Part shown: positions 22,628 to 34,547 of the stretch, in pieces
How the letters are laid out: every line of letters begins with the position of its first letter
Numbering within the stretch: position 1 is the first letter of the stretch
NCBI GenBank assembly: GCA_902634185.1
Contig: CACPJC010000001.1
Span: 128,001-192,000 of the forward strand
DNA from: an uncultured Candidatus Actinomarina sp.
GTDB taxonomy: Bacteria; Actinomycetota; Acidimicrobiia; Actinomarinales; Actinomarinaceae
Length of the DNA: 64,000 nucleotides
Direction of reading: 5' to 3'
Position numbers and translations under genes: made by a program
The notes under the pieces: generated by a model
The model's database searches: none
Seen by the model: the letters and a program-made list of their open reading frames with translations, nothing else
Told to the model about the DNA's origin: nothing

Positions 22628-23095
22628 TTACCACCTGTAATGAGCGAAAGCTCTGTTCGATTCAGCCATTTTATGTACATCTTCTTTTTTCTTGACTGCA
22701 GCTCCAGTATTGTTACTTGCATCCAAAAGTTCACGTCCTAATCTATCAGACATTGACTTTTCTCCTCTTTTTCGAGCAGCATCAACAATCCACCTTATTG
22801 CAAGTGTGGTACTTCTTCTATGTGGAACTTCCATCGGAACTTGATAGTTAGTACCACCGACCCTTCTGGATTTTGTTTCAATTTGAGGTTTAACATTTTC
22901 AAATGCAGCTTTTAATACATTCAATGGATCTCCACCAGCTTGTTTTTCAACAAGTTCTAATGATTTATATACAATACTTCGTGCAACGTCTTTTTTTCCA
23001 TCTAATAAAACTTGATTTGTTAATTGTGATACAAGAACGCTATTGAAAAGAGGGTCTGCTTCAGGCTTTCTTTTAAGTGATGGTCCTCTTCTCAT
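22628..23095 (-). CDS. rpsG: 30S ribosomal protein S7
   Basis: [27 protein letters not shown]. Confidence 0.98.
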   Translation of the reverse strand: MRRGPSLKRKPEADPLFNSVLVSQLTNQVLLDGKKDVARSIVYKSLELVEKQAGGDPLNVLKAAFENVKPQIETKSRRVGGTNYQVPMEVPHRRSTTLAIRWIVDAARKRGEKSMSDRLGRELLDASNNTGAAVKKKEDVHKMAESNRAFAHYRW

Positions 23096-23100
23096 GATGG

Positions 23101-23469
23101 TTAGCCTCTCTTACTTCCATATCTAGATCTTGCTTGTTTTCTGTCAGTCACACCTGCTGTATCTAGAGCACCCCTAATCACTTTATATCTAACACCAGGA
23201 AGATCTTTTACCCTTCCACCTCTTACTAAAACAATTGAATGTTCTTGTAAATTGTGTCCTTCTCCTGGAATGTATGCTGTAACTTCAGTACCAGTTGATA
23301 GCCTCACTCTGCAAACTTTTCTTAAAGCTGAGTTTGGTTTTTTTGGTGTAACTGTATATACACGCGTGCAAACGCCCCTCCTTTGTGGAGACCCCTTGAG
23401 ACCAGGTGTTTTCTCTTTCATCACCTTGGACTTACGTCCTTTTCTCACTAGTTGCTGTGTTGTAGGCAT
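23101..23469 (-). CDS. rpsL: 30S ribosomal protein S12
   Basis: [32 protein letters not shown]. Confidence 0.99.
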   Translation of the reverse strand: MPTTQQLVRKGRKSKVMKEKTPGLKGSPQRRGVCTRVYTVTPKKPNSALRKVCRVRLSTGTEVTAYIPGEGHNLQEHSIVLVRGGRVKDLPGVRYKVIRGALDTAGVTDRKQARSRYGSKRG

Positions 23470-23514
23470 AAAAATTCCAATCTAAAAAAGTTAATTTTTT
23501 ATTACCGAAAAAGA

Positions 23515-23543
23515 AGTATATGACAGATTTGAACTTACAACAA
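23515..23543 (-). promoter_or_regulatory. Putative sigma-A promoter of the str operon
   Basis: Minus strand TTGTTG-N17-TATACT upstream of rpsL. Confidence 0.55.
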
Positions 23544-23561
23544 TGAATTCTTTATAAGTTT

Positions 23562-26500
23562 TTACTCTGTATCTTCATCTCCCTCTTCGCCTAACATAGC
23601 TAGCCATTGTGCTGGATTTGGTAGACCATCGTTATCTGATTCTTCTGATTCTGATGGTGCTGTCGCAAATCCTATTTCAGATACCTCTTGAGCGCCAGGT
23701 AAGGTAGGAGCTAATTTTTGATAAGCTTCTGAACCAGTACCAGCAGGAATTAAAGTACCTATGATTACATTCTCTTTTAATCCTGACAATGCATCAGTAC
23801 TCTTTTTCATTGCTGCCTCAGTTAATACCCTTGTTGTTTCTTGAAAAGATGCTGCAGATAACCATGAATCTGTCGCTAAGCTAGCTTTTGTGATACCCAT
23901 CAGTTCAGGTCTACCTTCGGCAGGTGTTTTACCATCTTTTACAAGTCCTTGATTGATGGTTCTAAATAAAGTTGCATCAATCAATTCGTTTGGTAAGAAG
24001 TCTGAATCGTTAGGTCTAACAATTCTTACCCTTCTTAACATTTGTCTTACAATCATTTCAACGTGTTTATCATGAACTTCAACTCCTTGATCACGATAAG
24101 TTTTTTGTACTTCGTCTACCAAATATTCTTGGCATGTGCGAACTCCGTTGATTTGTAAGACTTCTTTTGGATCTTTTGGACCAGTTGTTAATGCTTGTCC
24201 AGCTTCAACACTGTCTCCTTGATTAACGAGAAGAGTTTGTCTTCTCAAAACTAATAATTCAATTTCTTCTTTCTCATTTTGAATAGTAAGGATTCTGTTG
24301 CCTTCTTCAGTTTGATCAATAGATTTGATTTTTCCATTAATGAGTGATAAAACGGATTTACCTTTTGGTGTTCTAGCTTCAAAAAGCTCAACAATTCTTG
24401 GGAGGCCAGAGGTAATATCCAAACCAACAACACCACCAGTGTGAAAAGTTCTCATTGTAAGCTGAGTTCCAGGCTCTCCAATTGATTGAGCAGAAATTAT
24501 TCCAACAGCTTCACCTTCTTCAACAGGTTTTCCAGTTGCAAGGCTGAAACCATAACATAGTGGATCCATAGATTCAGGATCGAGTGAATTGAAAGGTGTA
24601 AGAACATTTACTGATTCAACTCCAGACTTACCAATTACATCTAGAGCTTCTGCATCAATATAAGTACCTTTAGTTAACTTTTTACCATCTCCAAACTCTA
24701 TTGCTTTTTTATCCTTTTTGACGTCCTCGCTAAGCACTCTTCCAAATAATGTTGAATGTAAATATTTGCTAGGCCTTCCTTCTTTATCAACCGTAGATTT
24801 GGTTGTACCGCGCCAGTCAATGTTTTCATCACCCTTATTTTGTACTACAATACCTGCAGCAACATCAACTAGTCTTCTTGTTAAATAACCAGAGTCTGCA
24901 GTTCTTAACGCTGTATCTGCAAGTCCTTTTCTAGCACCGTGTGTTGAAATGAAATACTCAAGAACAGACATCCCTTCCCTAAAATTACTTTTTATCGGCC
25001 TTTCAATGATGTCACCTTTTGGATTAGCAACAAGACCTCTCATGCCTGCAAGCTGTCTTACTTGCATCATATTACCTCGAGCTCCAGATTTAACCATCAT
25101 ATCAACAGGATTGAATCTTTCAGATTCTAATTCTGCACTCATCGCATACTGAACTTGGTCTGTAGCTTCATTCCATATTTCGATAATTTTTTGTTTTCTC
25201 TCAGTCTCAGTAATAATGTCATCAAGATAAAGCTTTTCTACTTTTTCGGCTTCATTTTCATACTTTTCAAGAATTTGATTCTTTGTTGGTGGTGTTTTAA
25301 CATCTGTCATCGCAACGGACAACCCAGCTTTTGCACCAAAATTAAAACCAACTTTTTTCATTGAATCTAAGAACTGTCTCAATTCAGCTTTATTATATGT
25401 TTCAATAACCTCTGAAATGATTTTTTTCATTTCTGGTTTTCTTACTGATGCCTCAATATATGGAAAGTCATCAGGCAATATAGAGTTGAAATGCATTCTT
25501 CCTAATGTTGTGTTAGTTAATGTGTCACCAGAAACATATTCGGAAGTAAGTAGTTCAGAAAATCTATTTTTTATCTTATTATATATGTCTTCAGATCCAG
25601 CTAAATTTCCAACCCTTACTTTGATTGGTGTTTGTAAAGAAATATGTCCTGCTTCATAAGCTAGCTGCGCTTCGTATAAGTCAGCAAATGCATACTCAGC
25701 AGTATCTAGCTCGTCATGACACTCTGTAATATAATAAAGACCTATTACCATATCTTGGCTTGGAGATACTATAGGATTACCCGAAGCTGGTGATAAAACG
25801 TTGTTTGTAGCTAGCATCAAAACTCTGGCTTCTGCTTGAGCTTCAGCTGATAAAGGAACATGAACTGCCATTTGGTCACCATCAAAATCAGCATTAAATG
25901 CTTCGCAAACCAACGGATGGACTTGAATAGCTTTACCTTCTACAAGGATTGGCTCAAATGCTTGAATTCCAAGCCTATGTAAAGTAGGAGCTCTGTTTAG
26001 TAATACCGGGTGCTCTTCAATTACTTCTGCAAGGACATCCCATACTTGAGCACGAGATCTTTCAACCATTCTTTTTGCAGATTTAATATTTTGAGCAAGA
26101 CCAAGTTCAACTAGCCTTTTCATAACAAATGGCTTGAATAACTCAAGTGCCATCATTTTAGGCAATCCACATTGTTGTAAATCTAAATGCGGACCGACTA
26201 CAATAACTGACCTTGCAGAGTAATCAACTCTCTTTCCAAGAAGGTTTTGTCTAAATCTTCCTTGCTTTCCTTTCAACATATCAGAGAGTGACTTCAGACC
26301 TCGTCCACCTGCCCCTGCGACTGCTCTACCTCTTCTTCCGTTATCAAAAAGAGCATCAACAGATTCTTGCAGCATTCTTTTTTCGTTGCTAATGATTATG
26401 TCTGGGGCACCCAGTTCAATTAATTTTTTTAATCTGTTGTTACGATTAATTAATCTTCTATATAAATCGTTGAGATCGGAAGTAGCAAATCTACCACCAT

Positions 26501-27485
26501 CTAGTTGAACCATTGGACGCAACTCTGGAGGTATAACTGGTATCACTTCTAAAATCATTGCTTCAGGTGGGTTTTTTCCGTCAGCGAAAGGTTTTATAAC
26601 TTTCATTCTTTGTATAGCTCTTTGTCTACGTTGTGCTGATTTTGAATCTAGATCACTTTTAAGTTTTTCCATTTCAGCTTTAAGATCTACTAATTGGACA
26701 AGCTCTCTAACTGCTTCAGCTCCCATTCCACCTGTAAAATACTCATCATATTTATCAATCATTTCACGCCAAAGAGTATCATTTTCAATTAAGGTTTTTG
26801 GCTTTAAAGTTTTCAAGGTAGAAAATGCTTCTTGGATAACTTTTATTTCAGCATCGGATTTTGCTTGCTTTTGTTTGATCTCTTTTTCAATCTCTTTAGT
26901 TCTTAACTGGATCTCAGCCTCTGGAACTTTTGCGTTTTCCATAGCCTTAATCTCAACTTTCATTTGCTTAAGTCTTTTAACTTCCCATTCAGTAAACTCT
27001 TCTTCTACAATTTCTACTTCTGCTTCAACAGCTTCTTCAATCTCAGATAAATCTTTTGTTCTCTTTTTGTCATCGACCGATACAACAAGATATGCTGCAA
27101 AGTAAATTACTTTTTCTAATTCTTTTGGTGACATGTCAAGAAAGTAACCTAATCTGCTTGGAACACCTTTGAAGTACCAAATATGAGTTACTGGTGCAGC
27201 TAACTCTATATGACCCATTCTTTCTCTTCGAACTTCACGTCTTGTAACTTCAACACCGCATCTTTCGCAGACAATACCTCTATATCGAATTCTTTTATAT
27301 CTTCCACAAGAACATTCCCAGTCCTTAGTTGGACCAAAAATTCTCTCATCAAAAAGGCCTTCTTTTTCAGGTTTTAAAGTTCTGTAATTTATTGTTTCAG
27401 GTTTTTTTACTTCTCCAAAAGACCAACTTCTCATTTGATCAGATGTAGCAAGACTTATGCTTAATTCGTCAAAAATTTTTTCCAT
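23562..27485 (-). CDS. rpoC: RNA polymerase beta' subunit
   Basis: [12 protein letters not shown] catalytic motif, N-terminal Zn ribbon CSC...CERC, actinobacterial coiled-coil insert. Confidence 0.99.
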   Translation of the reverse strand: MEKIFDELSISLATSDQMRSWSFGEVKKPETINYRTLKPEKEGLFDERIFGPTKDWECSCGRYKRIRYRGIVCERCGVEVTRREVRRERMGHIELAAPVTHIWYFKGVPSRLGYFLDMSPKELEKVIYFAAYLVVSVDDKKRTKDLSEIEEAVEAEVEIVEEEFTEWEVKRLKQMKVEIKAMENAKVPEAEIQLRTKEIEKEIKQKQAKSDAEIKVIQEAFSTLKTLKPKTLIENDTLWREMIDKYDEYFTGGMGAEAVRELVQLVDLKAEMEKLKSDLDSKSAQRRQRAIQRMKVIKPFADGKNPPEAMILEVIPVIPPELRPMVQLDGGRFATSDLNDLYRRLINRNNRLKKLIELGAPDIIISNEKRMLQESVDALFDNGRRGRAVAGAGGRGLKSLSDMLKGKQGRFRQNLLGKRVDYSARSVIVVGPHLDLQQCGLPKMMALELFKPFVMKRLVELGLAQNIKSAKRMVERSRAQVWDVLAEVIEEHPVLLNRAPTLHRLGIQAFEPILVEGKAIQVHPLVCEAFNADFDGDQMAVHVPLSAEAQAEARVLMLATNNVLSPASGNPIVSPSQDMVIGLYYITECHDELDTAEYAFADLYEAQLAYEAGHISLQTPIKVRVGNLAGSEDIYNKIKNRFSELLTSEYVSGDTLTNTTLGRMHFNSILPDDFPYIEASVRKPEMKKIISEVIETYNKAELRQFLDSMKKVGFNFGAKAGLSVAMTDVKTPPTKNQILEKYENEAEKVEKLYLDDIITETERKQKIIEIWNEATDQVQYAMSAELESERFNPVDMMVKSGARGNMMQVRQLAGMRGLVANPKGDIIERPIKSNFREGMSVLEYFISTHGARKGLADTALRTADSGYLTRRLVDVAAGIVVQNKGDENIDWRGTTKSTVDKEGRPSKYLHSTLFGRVLSEDVKKDKKAIEFGDGKKLTKGTYIDAEALDVIGKSGVESVNVLTPFNSLDPESMDPLCYGFSLATGKPVEEGEAVGIISAQSIGEPGTQLTMRTFHTGGVVGLDITSGLPRIVELFEARTPKGKSVLSLINGKIKSIDQTEEGNRILTIQNEKEEIELLVLRRQTLLVNQGDSVEAGQALTTGPKDPKEVLQINGVRTCQEYLVDEVQKTYRDQGVEVHDKHVEMIVRQMLRRVRIVRPNDSDFLPNELIDATLFRTINQGLVKDGKTPAEGRPELMGITKASLATDSWLSAASFQETTRVLTEAAMKKSTDALSGLKENVIIGTLIPAGTGSEAYQKLAPTLPGAQEVSEIGFATAPSESEESDNDGLPNPAQWLAMLGEEGDEDTE

Positions 27486-30400
27486 TATAGTTCAGCCTCA
27501 TCTTCCTCAGGTCTTGTCATATCGATACCCAATGTTTCAGCTGTTTTGACATATTCGTCACTGATATCTTTCATAGAAATTTCTTCACCAGCAGATAAGA
27601 TTTCAACATTTAGACATAAACTTTGCATTTCTTTTAATAAAACCTTAAATGACTCTGGTATCCCTGGTTCTGGAATATTGTCACCTTTTACAATAGATTC
27701 GTAAACCTTTACTCTTCCGACTGTATCGTCAGATTTTATTGTTAAAAGTTCTTGAAGTGCGTAACTTGCACCGTAAGCTTCAAGAGCCCATACTTCCATT
27801 TCACCAAATCTTTGACCTCCAAATTGAGCTTTTCCTCCGAGTGGTTGTTGTGTAATCATTGAATAAGGGCCAGTTGAACGAGCATGGATCTTTTCATCTA
27901 CTAAATGAATGAGTTTTAATATATATGTGTATCCAACTGTAATTTTTGAATCAAACTTTTCACCAGTTCGACCGTCATATAGATCGGCTTTTCCATTTTC
28001 ATCAACAAGTAATTTACCATCCCTATTTGGGTTTACATTTCTCAAAATTTCATGAATTTCATTTTCATCTGCCCCATCAAATACTGGAGTTGAGACTAAC
28101 GTTCCTGGTTTAGCTCCATCTGATGCTTTAGATTTTCCTTTAAAATCTTGCCAACCTTCGTTTGCTGCCCAACCGAGGTGTGTTTCTAAAATTTGACCAA
28201 GATTCATTCTGCTTGGTACACCTAAAGGTGATAGCAATATATCTACAGGTGTACCATCTTCTAAAAATGGCATATCTTCTACTGGATTAATTTTTGAAAT
28301 TACTCCTTTGTTACCATGACGTCCTGAAAGCTTGTCCCCGACTTGAATTTTTCTTTGTATAGCTACGTAGACTCTTACTTTTTGATTTACACCAGGTGGA
28401 AGATCTGCTCCATCATCTCTTCTTAATATCTGTACATCGATAACCTTTCCTCTTTCACCATGAGGAACTCTTAAAGAAGTATCTCTAACTTCTCTTGCTT
28501 TTTCACCGAATATTGCTCTTAACAGTCTTTCTTCAGGAGTTAACTCTGTTTCTCCTTTTGGAGTAACTTTTCCTACCAAATAATCACCAGGTGTTACTTC
28601 CGCACCAATCCTAACGATTCCCATTTCATCAAGATCCATCAATACTTCTTCTGCTACGTTTGGAATATCTCTAGTTATCTCTTCTTCTCCAAGTTTTGTA
28701 TCTCTGGCTTCAATTTCATGTTCTGCAATATGTACAGAAGTTAATACATCCTCTTTAACTAAACGCTCTGAAATCACTATTGAATCTTCAAAGTTGTATC
28801 CATCCCATGGCATATATGCAACTAGTAAATTTTTGCCTAATGCAAGTTCTCCACCTTGAGTGCTTGGGCCATCAGCGAGTACATCACCTGGTTTTACTTT
28901 TAGGCCCGCTTTTACCAATGGTTTTTGATTTACGGAAGTAGCTTGATTTGATCTTTTAAATTTTCTGACTTCAAAAGTATGTTTTTTATTTGTCTCTTGT
29001 TCTTTAACAACTATTTCATCACCAGTTACTGACATTACTTCACCAGAAATTGGAGAAATTAAAGCTTCACCTGAATCTCGTGCAACGTTCTCTTCCATAC
29101 CAGTTCCAACATATGGTGCCTCTGTAGTTACCAATGGCACGGCTTGTCTCTGCATATTGGAACCCATCAAAGCTCTGTTTGCATCATCATGTTCAAGGAA
29201 AGGGATTAATGCAGTTGTAACAGAACAAATTTGTTTCGGACTCACATCCATGTAATCAATTTCTTTATCACTAACGAAAGAGACTTGTCCCCCATTTTGT
29301 CTTGATAAGACTCTTTTGTTTTTAAAAGTTCCATCATCATTTAAAGGAGCATTTGCTTGAGCAATTGTATATTCATCTTCTTGAGAAGCAGTGAGATAAA
29401 CTGCGTTGTTAGTTTTTACGATTCCATTCTCTACTTTCCAATAAGGAGTTTCGATAAATCCAAATCTGTTAACCCTACCATATGTAGCAAGTGTGCCTAT
29501 AAGCCCAATATTTGGTCCTTCAGGTGTTTCAATAGGACACATTCTTCCATAGTGAGAAGGGTGAACATCTCTAACTTCAAACCCTGCTCGTTCTCTAGAT
29601 AACCCACCTGGACCCAAAGCTGAAAGCCTTCTTCTGTGAGTTAAAGCTGCAATTGGATTAGGTTGATCCATAAACTGACTCAATTGACTTGTACCAAAGA
29701 ATTCTTTCAAAGAGGCTTGGATTGGTCTTATGTTAATTAATGATTGAGGTGTTATTGCTTCTGGTTCCTGAGTAGTCATTCTCTCCCTAACTACTCTTTC
29801 TAATCGACTTAGGCCAACTCTAACTTGATTTTGAACAAGTTCTCCAACTGTTCTAATTCTTCTATTTCCAAAATGATCAATATCATCAAGCCTTACAGGA
29901 ATTGTTCTTCCAAGTTTGTTTTCAAATGATTCTTCCCCTGCATGTAAAGCTATAACATATTTGATGGTGTCAATAATATCCTCGATCTGTAACATACCTT
30001 CAACTTCAGTCGAATAGGTCTCAGCATCCTTTTCTCCATAATCTCTTCCAAGCTTTTGCTCAACTTTATACCTGCCAACTTTTGTTAAGTCATATCTCTT
30101 TGGAGTGTAAAACATTTGCTTTACAAGATTTCTTGCAGATTCAACAGTAGCTGGTTCACCAGGTCTTAGTTTTCTATAAAGATCAATTAAGGCAGCTTCA
30201 GAGGTAGTGTCTGGGTCTCTTTCAATTGTATTTTGAATTGATGGGTAATCACCAAATAGTTCAATAGCTTCTTCTTTTGTTTCAATGACTCCTAAAGCTC
30301 TTAAGAAAGCAGTTATATGTTGTCTTCTTTTTCTGTCAACTCTTACACCAACAGTGTCTCTTTTATCTGTATCAAATTCAAGCCAGGCACCTCTTCCAGG

Positions 30401-30877
30401 GATCATTTTTCCTATGAATATCTCTTTATCTGAAGTTTTATCTATTTCTTGGGAGAAATAAACACCTGGTGATCTCACAAGTTGACTTACAATTACCCTT
30501 TCAGTTCCATTTATAATAAATGTTCCTGTGTCTGACATTATTGGAAAATCTCCAAGAAAAACGGTTTGTTGTTTAATCTGACCAGTTTCACGATCCAAAA
30601 ATTGTGCAGTCACATATAAGGGTTGTGAATAAGTAGAGTCTGTTATTTTACATTCTTCAAGACTTTTAAGTGGTTCTTCAAAGAAATGGTTTAAAAATTC
30701 AAGTGAAAATCTCCCAGAAAAATCTTCAATAGGAGAAATTTCATCTAAAATTTCTTTTAATCCTTCTTCAATAAACCATTTAAACGAATCTTTTTGGACA
30801 ATTAATAAATCTGGAATATCTAGAACTTTGGGAATTTTTGCAAACGAAAGCCTAGAATTCTGAACAGCGGACAACAA
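27485..30877 (-). CDS. rpoB: RNA polymerase beta subunit
   Basis: [30 protein letters not shown]; TTG start after GAGGAGG. Confidence 0.99.
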   Translation of the reverse strand: MLSAVQNSRLSFAKIPKVLDIPDLLIVQKDSFKWFIEEGLKEILDEISPIEDFSGRFSLEFLNHFFEEPLKSLEECKITDSTYSQPLYVTAQFLDRETGQIKQQTVFLGDFPIMSDTGTFIINGTERVIVSQLVRSPGVYFSQEIDKTSDKEIFIGKMIPGRGAWLEFDTDKRDTVGVRVDRKRRQHITAFLRALGVIETKEEAIELFGDYPSIQNTIERDPDTTSEAALIDLYRKLRPGEPATVESARNLVKQMFYTPKRYDLTKVGRYKVEQKLGRDYGEKDAETYSTEVEGMLQIEDIIDTIKYVIALHAGEESFENKLGRTIPVRLDDIDHFGNRRIRTVGELVQNQVRVGLSRLERVVRERMTTQEPEAITPQSLINIRPIQASLKEFFGTSQLSQFMDQPNPIAALTHRRRLSALGPGGLSRERAGFEVRDVHPSHYGRMCPIETPEGPNIGLIGTLATYGRVNRFGFIETPYWKVENGIVKTNNAVYLTASQEDEYTIAQANAPLNDDGTFKNKRVLSRQNGGQVSFVSDKEIDYMDVSPKQICSVTTALIPFLEHDDANRALMGSNMQRQAVPLVTTEAPYVGTGMEENVARDSGEALISPISGEVMSVTGDEIVVKEQETNKKHTFEVRKFKRSNQATSVNQKPLVKAGLKVKPGDVLADGPSTQGGELALGKNLLVAYMPWDGYNFEDSIVISERLVKEDVLTSVHIAEHEIEARDTKLGEEEITRDIPNVAEEVLMDLDEMGIVRIGAEVTPGDYLVGKVTPKGETELTPEERLLRAIFGEKAREVRDTSLRVPHGERGKVIDVQILRRDDGADLPPGVNQKVRVYVAIQRKIQVGDKLSGRHGNKGVISKINPVEDMPFLEDGTPVDILLSPLGVPSRMNLGQILETHLGWAANEGWQDFKGKSKASDGAKPGTLVSTPVFDGADENEIHEILRNVNPNRDGKLLVDENGKADLYDGRTGEKFDSKITVGYTYILKLIHLVDEKIHARSTGPYSMITQQPLGGKAQFGGQRFGEMEVWALEAYGASYALQELLTIKSDDTVGRVKVYESIVKGDNIPEPGIPESFKVLLKEMQSLCLNVEILSAGEEISMKDISDEYVKTAETLGIDMTRPEEDEAEL

Positions 30878-30915
30878 GCCTCCTCAAAAATGTTAAATGT
30901 GTTACCGAAAGATTC

Positions 30916-30944
30916 AGTATATTAGTACTTAATATTTAAGTAAA
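30916..30944 (-). promoter_or_regulatory. Putative promoter of rpoBC
   Basis: Minus strand TTTACT-N17-TATACT in the rplL-rpoB gap. Confidence 0.55.
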
Positions 30945-30959
30945 CAAATAAGTTAAAAA

Positions 30960-31346
30960 TTATTTAAGTTCTACAGTTGCGCCAGCACCCTCAAGGGCTT
31001 CTTTAGCTTTTTCAGCATCTTCTTTAGAAGCACCTGTGAGAATATCTGATGGAGCACCGTCAACAAGTTCTTTTGCCTCTTTTAGGCCAAGGCTAGTTAA
31101 TCCTCTAACTTCCTTGATAACTTGTATTTTTTGTCCACCAGCATCTGCTAAAACAACATCAAAAGAATCTTTTGCTTCGTCTCCTCCAGCAGCTTCACCG
31201 CCACCAGCAGGTGCTGCAGCAACCGCAACTGGTGCAGCAGCTGTGACATCAAATTTTTCTTCAAAAGCGTCCAAGAACTCTTTAAGCTCAAGAACAGACA
31301 TTTCTTCAAAAACGCCTAATATTTCTTCTGTTGTCATTTTTGCCAT
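30960..31346 (-). CDS. rplL: 50S ribosomal protein L7/L12
   Basis: [26 protein letters not shown]. Confidence 0.98.
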   Translation of the reverse strand: MAKMTTEEILGVFEEMSVLELKEFLDAFEEKFDVTAAAPVAVAAAPAGGGEAAGGDEAKDSFDVVLADAGGQKIQVIKEVRGLTSLGLKEAKELVDGAPSDILTGASKEDAEKAKEALEGAGATVELK

Positions 31347-31891
31347 TATTCCTCCTCTTTACTAATTTCTTCGCCAGACTCTTTTTTTTCAATAAGAGCC
31401 TGTAAAGCAAAACTTGTTTTGTTTGTAAGACCTTTCAAAGCATATGCAAATTTATTCAATGGAGCATTAAATCCGCCAGCAATTTTTGCAAGTAAAACTT
31501 CTTTTGGTTCGATTGATGCCAGTACATTAAGTTGATCAATAGAAAGTGGCTTTTGATCCATTAACCCACCTTTAACGACAAATGACTCATTGTCACTTGA
31601 AAAATCTCTTAATACTTTTGCTGCTTCAACTGGATCTGACTCAATAACAGTAACTGCCGTTGGTCCTGAAAAATAATCTAAGATATCATCAAACCCAACA
31701 TTATACGCAGCTCTTTTTGCAAGACTCATCTTGACAACATTAAAAGAAGCTCCCGCTTTTTTCAGGTTTCTTCTTAATTGTGTTTGTTGACTTACAGTCA
31801 GTCCTCTATATTCTGATAGTATAAGAGTGTTTGCTTCCTGAAATAAGGCCTCAAGCTCTTTTACTTTATCTTTTTTATCTTTTCTTACCAT
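31346..31891 (-). CDS. rplJ: 50S ribosomal protein L10
   Basis: EYRGLTV, LRRNL, GPTAV. Likely start ATG 31891 (MVRKDK); the upstream in-frame ATG lies inside the leader RNA. Confidence 0.96.
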   Translation of the reverse strand: MVRKDKKDKVKELEALFQEANTLILSEYRGLTVSQQTQLRRNLKKAGASFNVVKMSLAKRAAYNVGFDDILDYFSGPTAVTVIESDPVEAAKVLRDFSSDNESFVVKGGLMDQKPLSIDQLNVLASIEPKEVLLAKIAGGFNAPLNKFAYALKGLTNKTSFALQALIEKKESGEEISKEEE

Positions 31892-31905
31892 AAAAAAATC
31901 CTTGC

Positions 31906-31967
31906 AACCAAGGACCATCTTTTTACCTGCGATAGAAATTAAGGCAAGCCACTATCGGTCTTTGGTT
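31906..31967 (-). promoter_or_regulatory. L10 leader (autoregulatory RNA of rplJL)
   Basis: Minus strand AACCAAAGACCGAUAG...UUAA...CUAUCGCAGG...GGUCCUUGGUU. Outer and inner stems pair, and the GAC...GCAGG arrangement matches the L10 leader family. Confidence 0.75.
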
Positions 31968-32015
31968 TTAATTGTTATTGAAGTATATATGTTAATGCAA
32001 AATAGTGGAAGTGAA

Positions 32016-32702
32016 TTATGAATTTATCTCAATAGGGATCGAGGGGCCCATTGTCGAGGATATAAATACTGATTTAATATAATCACCTTTTGCAGAGGCT
32101 GGCTTTGCTTTATTGACTTCAGCAATGACCTCATTTAAATTCTCGAGAAGACTTGATTCTTCAAATGAAACTTTTCCGACGCTTAAATGTATATTTCCTA
32201 ACTTATCATTTTTAATCTCGACTTTTCCTTTTTTAAAATCCTCAACTGCCTTTGCGACATTTGGGGTAACTGTCCCAGTTTTTGGATTTGGCATTAATCC
32301 CTGAGGTCCAAGGATTTTACCAAGTTGTCCTACCTCAGCCATCATTTCAGGAGTGGAAATCACAATATCAGCATCGAGTTTTTCTTCAGACGAAACTTTT
32401 GTTGCTAAATCTTTACCTCCAACAATATCTGCACCAGCTTTTTCTGCTTCAGTTAAAGCCTCTCCTCCTGCAAAAACAGCAATCCTTACATCTTTACCAG
32501 TTCCATTTGGTAGTGATACAGTTGTTCTAATATTCTGTTCTGGATCTTTTGTGTCTAAATTTAAAGAAAAGACAACATCAATGGACTCATCAAACTTTGC
32601 ATTAGCAGTTTCTTTACAAATTTTTAAAGCATTGGAAATTTCCTGTTTTTCCTCAGGAATTTGGTTTTTTATAGCTTTATATCTTTTACCTTGTTTTTTC
32701 AT
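32016..32702 (-). CDS. rplA: 50S ribosomal protein L1
   Basis: [30 protein letters not shown]. Confidence 0.98.
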   Translation of the reverse strand: MKKQGKRYKAIKNQIPEEKQEISNALKICKETANAKFDESIDVVFSLNLDTKDPEQNIRTTVSLPNGTGKDVRIAVFAGGEALTEAEKAGADIVGGKDLATKVSSEEKLDADIVISTPEMMAEVGQLGKILGPQGLMPNPKTGTVTPNVAKAVEDFKKGKVEIKNDKLGNIHLSVGKVSFEESSLLENLNEVIAEVNKAKPASAKGDYIKSVFISSTMGPSIPIEINS

Positions 32703-32743
32703 TTTTCTCCTTTTGGTACAGTCGACTTTTGTCTCCCAAAATA

Positions 32744-33169
32744 TTAGTTTTCTACAGTGACTCCCATTGATCTGGCTGTTCCTGCAATAATTTTTACTGC
32801 TGCTTCTAAATCGTTCGCATTTAAATCTTTCATTTTTGTTTCCGCGATTGTTTCAAGTTGTGATTTAGTAATTGATGCAACTTTTTCTTTATGTGGTTCA
32901 GGAGACCCAGACTCTAAACCAATTGCTTTTTTTATTAAATAAGATGCAGGAGCTGTTTTTGTTTCAAATGAAAATGAATTATCTTCATATATAACAATTT
33001 CAACAGGAACTGTTTCACCTTGTCTGCTTGATGTATCATTATTAAAAGCTTGAACAAAGTCCATTATGTTTACACCATATTGTCCCAATGCTGAGCCTAC
33101 AGGTGGTGCAGGTGTTGCTCCGCCACCAGGAATCTGTAATTTTAATTTTGCTTTAACTTCTTTTGCCAT
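32744..33169 (-). CDS. rplK: 50S ribosomal protein L11
   Basis: [21 protein letters not shown]. Confidence 0.98.
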   Translation of the reverse strand: MAKEVKAKLKLQIPGGGATPAPPVGSALGQYGVNIMDFVQAFNNDTSSRQGETVPVEIVIYEDNSFSFETKTAPASYLIKKAIGLESGSPEPHKEKVASITKSQLETIAETKMKDLNANDLEAAVKIIAGTARSMGVTVEN

Positions 33170-33175
33170 AATTTA

Positions 33176-33778
33176 TTAATTTTTAACTATATCTGTAAAG
33201 CCTAGCTCTACAGGAGTTTCTCTTCCAAATATATTAACTAATACTGTAACTTTTGATTGGTCTAAATTTATTTCCTCTATGATTCCATTGAAATCTGCAA
33301 ATGGCCCTGTAGTCACACGAACAGTTTCACCAACCTCAAAATCTGGTTTGAATTTTGGACTTTCCTTCTTAACTTCGATTTCTTCATTGGTTCCAAGAAT
33401 TCTTTCAACTTCTCTTTTTGAAAGTGGGATAGGAACTTTACCAGAACCTACAAAGCCAATTACAGAAGGAGTGTTTCTAATTTCGTACCATGTTGTGTCA
33501 TCTAAATCCATTCTGACAAGGACATACCCTGGAAAGGTTTTTTTCTCAATATTGACTTTTTTCCCGTTTCTAATTTCTACCACTTCATCAGTGGGAATGA
33601 TAACTTCGTAAACTTTTTCTTCGAGATGTAAATTCTTAATTCTTGTAAGTATGTTTGTTTGAACTTTTTTTTCGTGACCAGACTGAGCGTTTAATACAAA
33701 CCATTCTCCTGGAAGATCATAAGGATGTACTGAAACTTCTTGATCTTCTACTTCTTCTACTACTGTATCTTCGCTCAT
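33176..33778 (-). CDS. nusG: Transcription termination/antitermination factor NusG
   Basis: SGHEKKV, FPGYVLV, GPFADF, IFGRETPVEL. Confidence 0.98.
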   Translation of the reverse strand: MSEDTVVEEVEDQEVSVHPYDLPGEWFVLNAQSGHEKKVQTNILTRIKNLHLEEKVYEVIIPTDEVVEIRNGKKVNIEKKTFPGYVLVRMDLDDTTWYEIRNTPSVIGFVGSGKVPIPLSKREVERILGTNEEIEVKKESPKFKPDFEVGETVRVTTGPFADFNGIIEEINLDQSKVTVLVNIFGRETPVELGFTDIVKN

Positions 33779-33781
33779 AAT

Positions 33782-34081
33782 TTATCCTCCAAGAGATAAC
33801 ATGCTAATTAGAGTATTTTTAAAACCAAAATCCATTCCAAAAATAAGTAAGGTCATTGTAATTATTGTGACAATAGTAACAATGGTAAATGTTGAAAGGA
33901 TTTGAGTTGAGGGCCAATTTACTCTCTTTAATTCAGTTCTCACTTCACCCATATAACTAGAGATTCTTTTAAATCGAGAAACTTTTTCATTGTTGTATTT
34001 TCCAATATTTCTATCAGCCTTTTTTGCCAAGCGTTCCTCACGCTCAGACATTCTTCTCATTTCTCTATTCATTTCATTCAT
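33782..34081 (-). CDS. secE: Preprotein translocase SecE
   Basis: ELKRVNWP followed by a TM helix; between tRNA-Trp and nusG. Confidence 0.93.
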   Translation of the reverse strand: MNEMNREMRRMSEREERLAKKADRNIGKYNNEKVSRFKRISSYMGEVRTELKRVNWPSTQILSTFTIVTIVTIITMTLLIFGMDFGFKNTLISMLSLGG

Positions 34082-34094
34082 AATTACCTCTTAG

Positions 34095-34168
34095 CAGGGG
34101 CGGTGAGATTCGAACTCACAACCTCCGGTTTTGGAGACCGGCGCTCTGCCAGTTAGAGCTACACCCCT
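34095..34168 (-). tRNA. tRNA-Trp (CCA)
   Basis: AGGGGTGTAGCTCTAACTGGCAGAGCGCCGGTCTCCAAAACCGGAGGTTGTGAGTTCGAATCTCACCGCCCCTG folds as a cloverleaf; the 3' CCA end is not encoded. Confidence 0.96.
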
Positions 34169-34547
34169 AATCTTTTTCAATATCATTAGTTTCGTTAGAA
34201 GAGCGCTTTATTCCAAAAACTAAAATTAGTAATGATATTAAACCAATCAAAGACAATAGTATTATTTTTGTACCCTTATTAGTAGTCGTTTTTATTTTTT
34301 TATCTAAAGAGTCAATTACTTTGGATGCAAAATCATTTGGCACTTCAACTTCTTTACTTATCTCAGATTCTAGTTCCTCCCTAAACGCTTTATATCTTTT
34401 TCCAGAAATCTGGCATTTAGGACAAAAAGAAATATGATTATCTGAATCGAACATGAAATATTTGCCACTCAAATAAGTTTTCATCATAAGACTTCTTTTT
34501 CTTCTACAAATTAAATTATCTCTTATATTTTCAAATAGATCTTTCAT
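34167..34547 (-). CDS. Putative ZAS-type membrane-anchored anti-sigma factor
   Basis: HISFCPKC (HxxxCxxC) motif plus a C-terminal TM helix; overlaps the ECF sigma stop codon. Confidence 0.8.
   Translation of the reverse strand: MKDLFENIRDNLICRRKRSLMMKTYLSGKYFMFDSDNHISFCPKCQISGKRYKAFREELESEISKEVEVPNDFASKVIDSLDKKIKTTTNKGTKIILLSLIGLISLLILVFGIKRSSNETNDIEKD

Noticed and set aside
22624-22734. Apparent 37-aa N-terminal extension of EF-G
   Set aside because: Overlaps rpsG; ATG 22623 has an SD-like GGTGG and gives a normal EF-G start.
2612-33611. Many 60-140 aa plus-strand ORFs over ribosomal, EF and rpo genes
   Set aside because: They lie antisense to well-conserved genes and have typical shadow-frame composition with no recognisable motifs.
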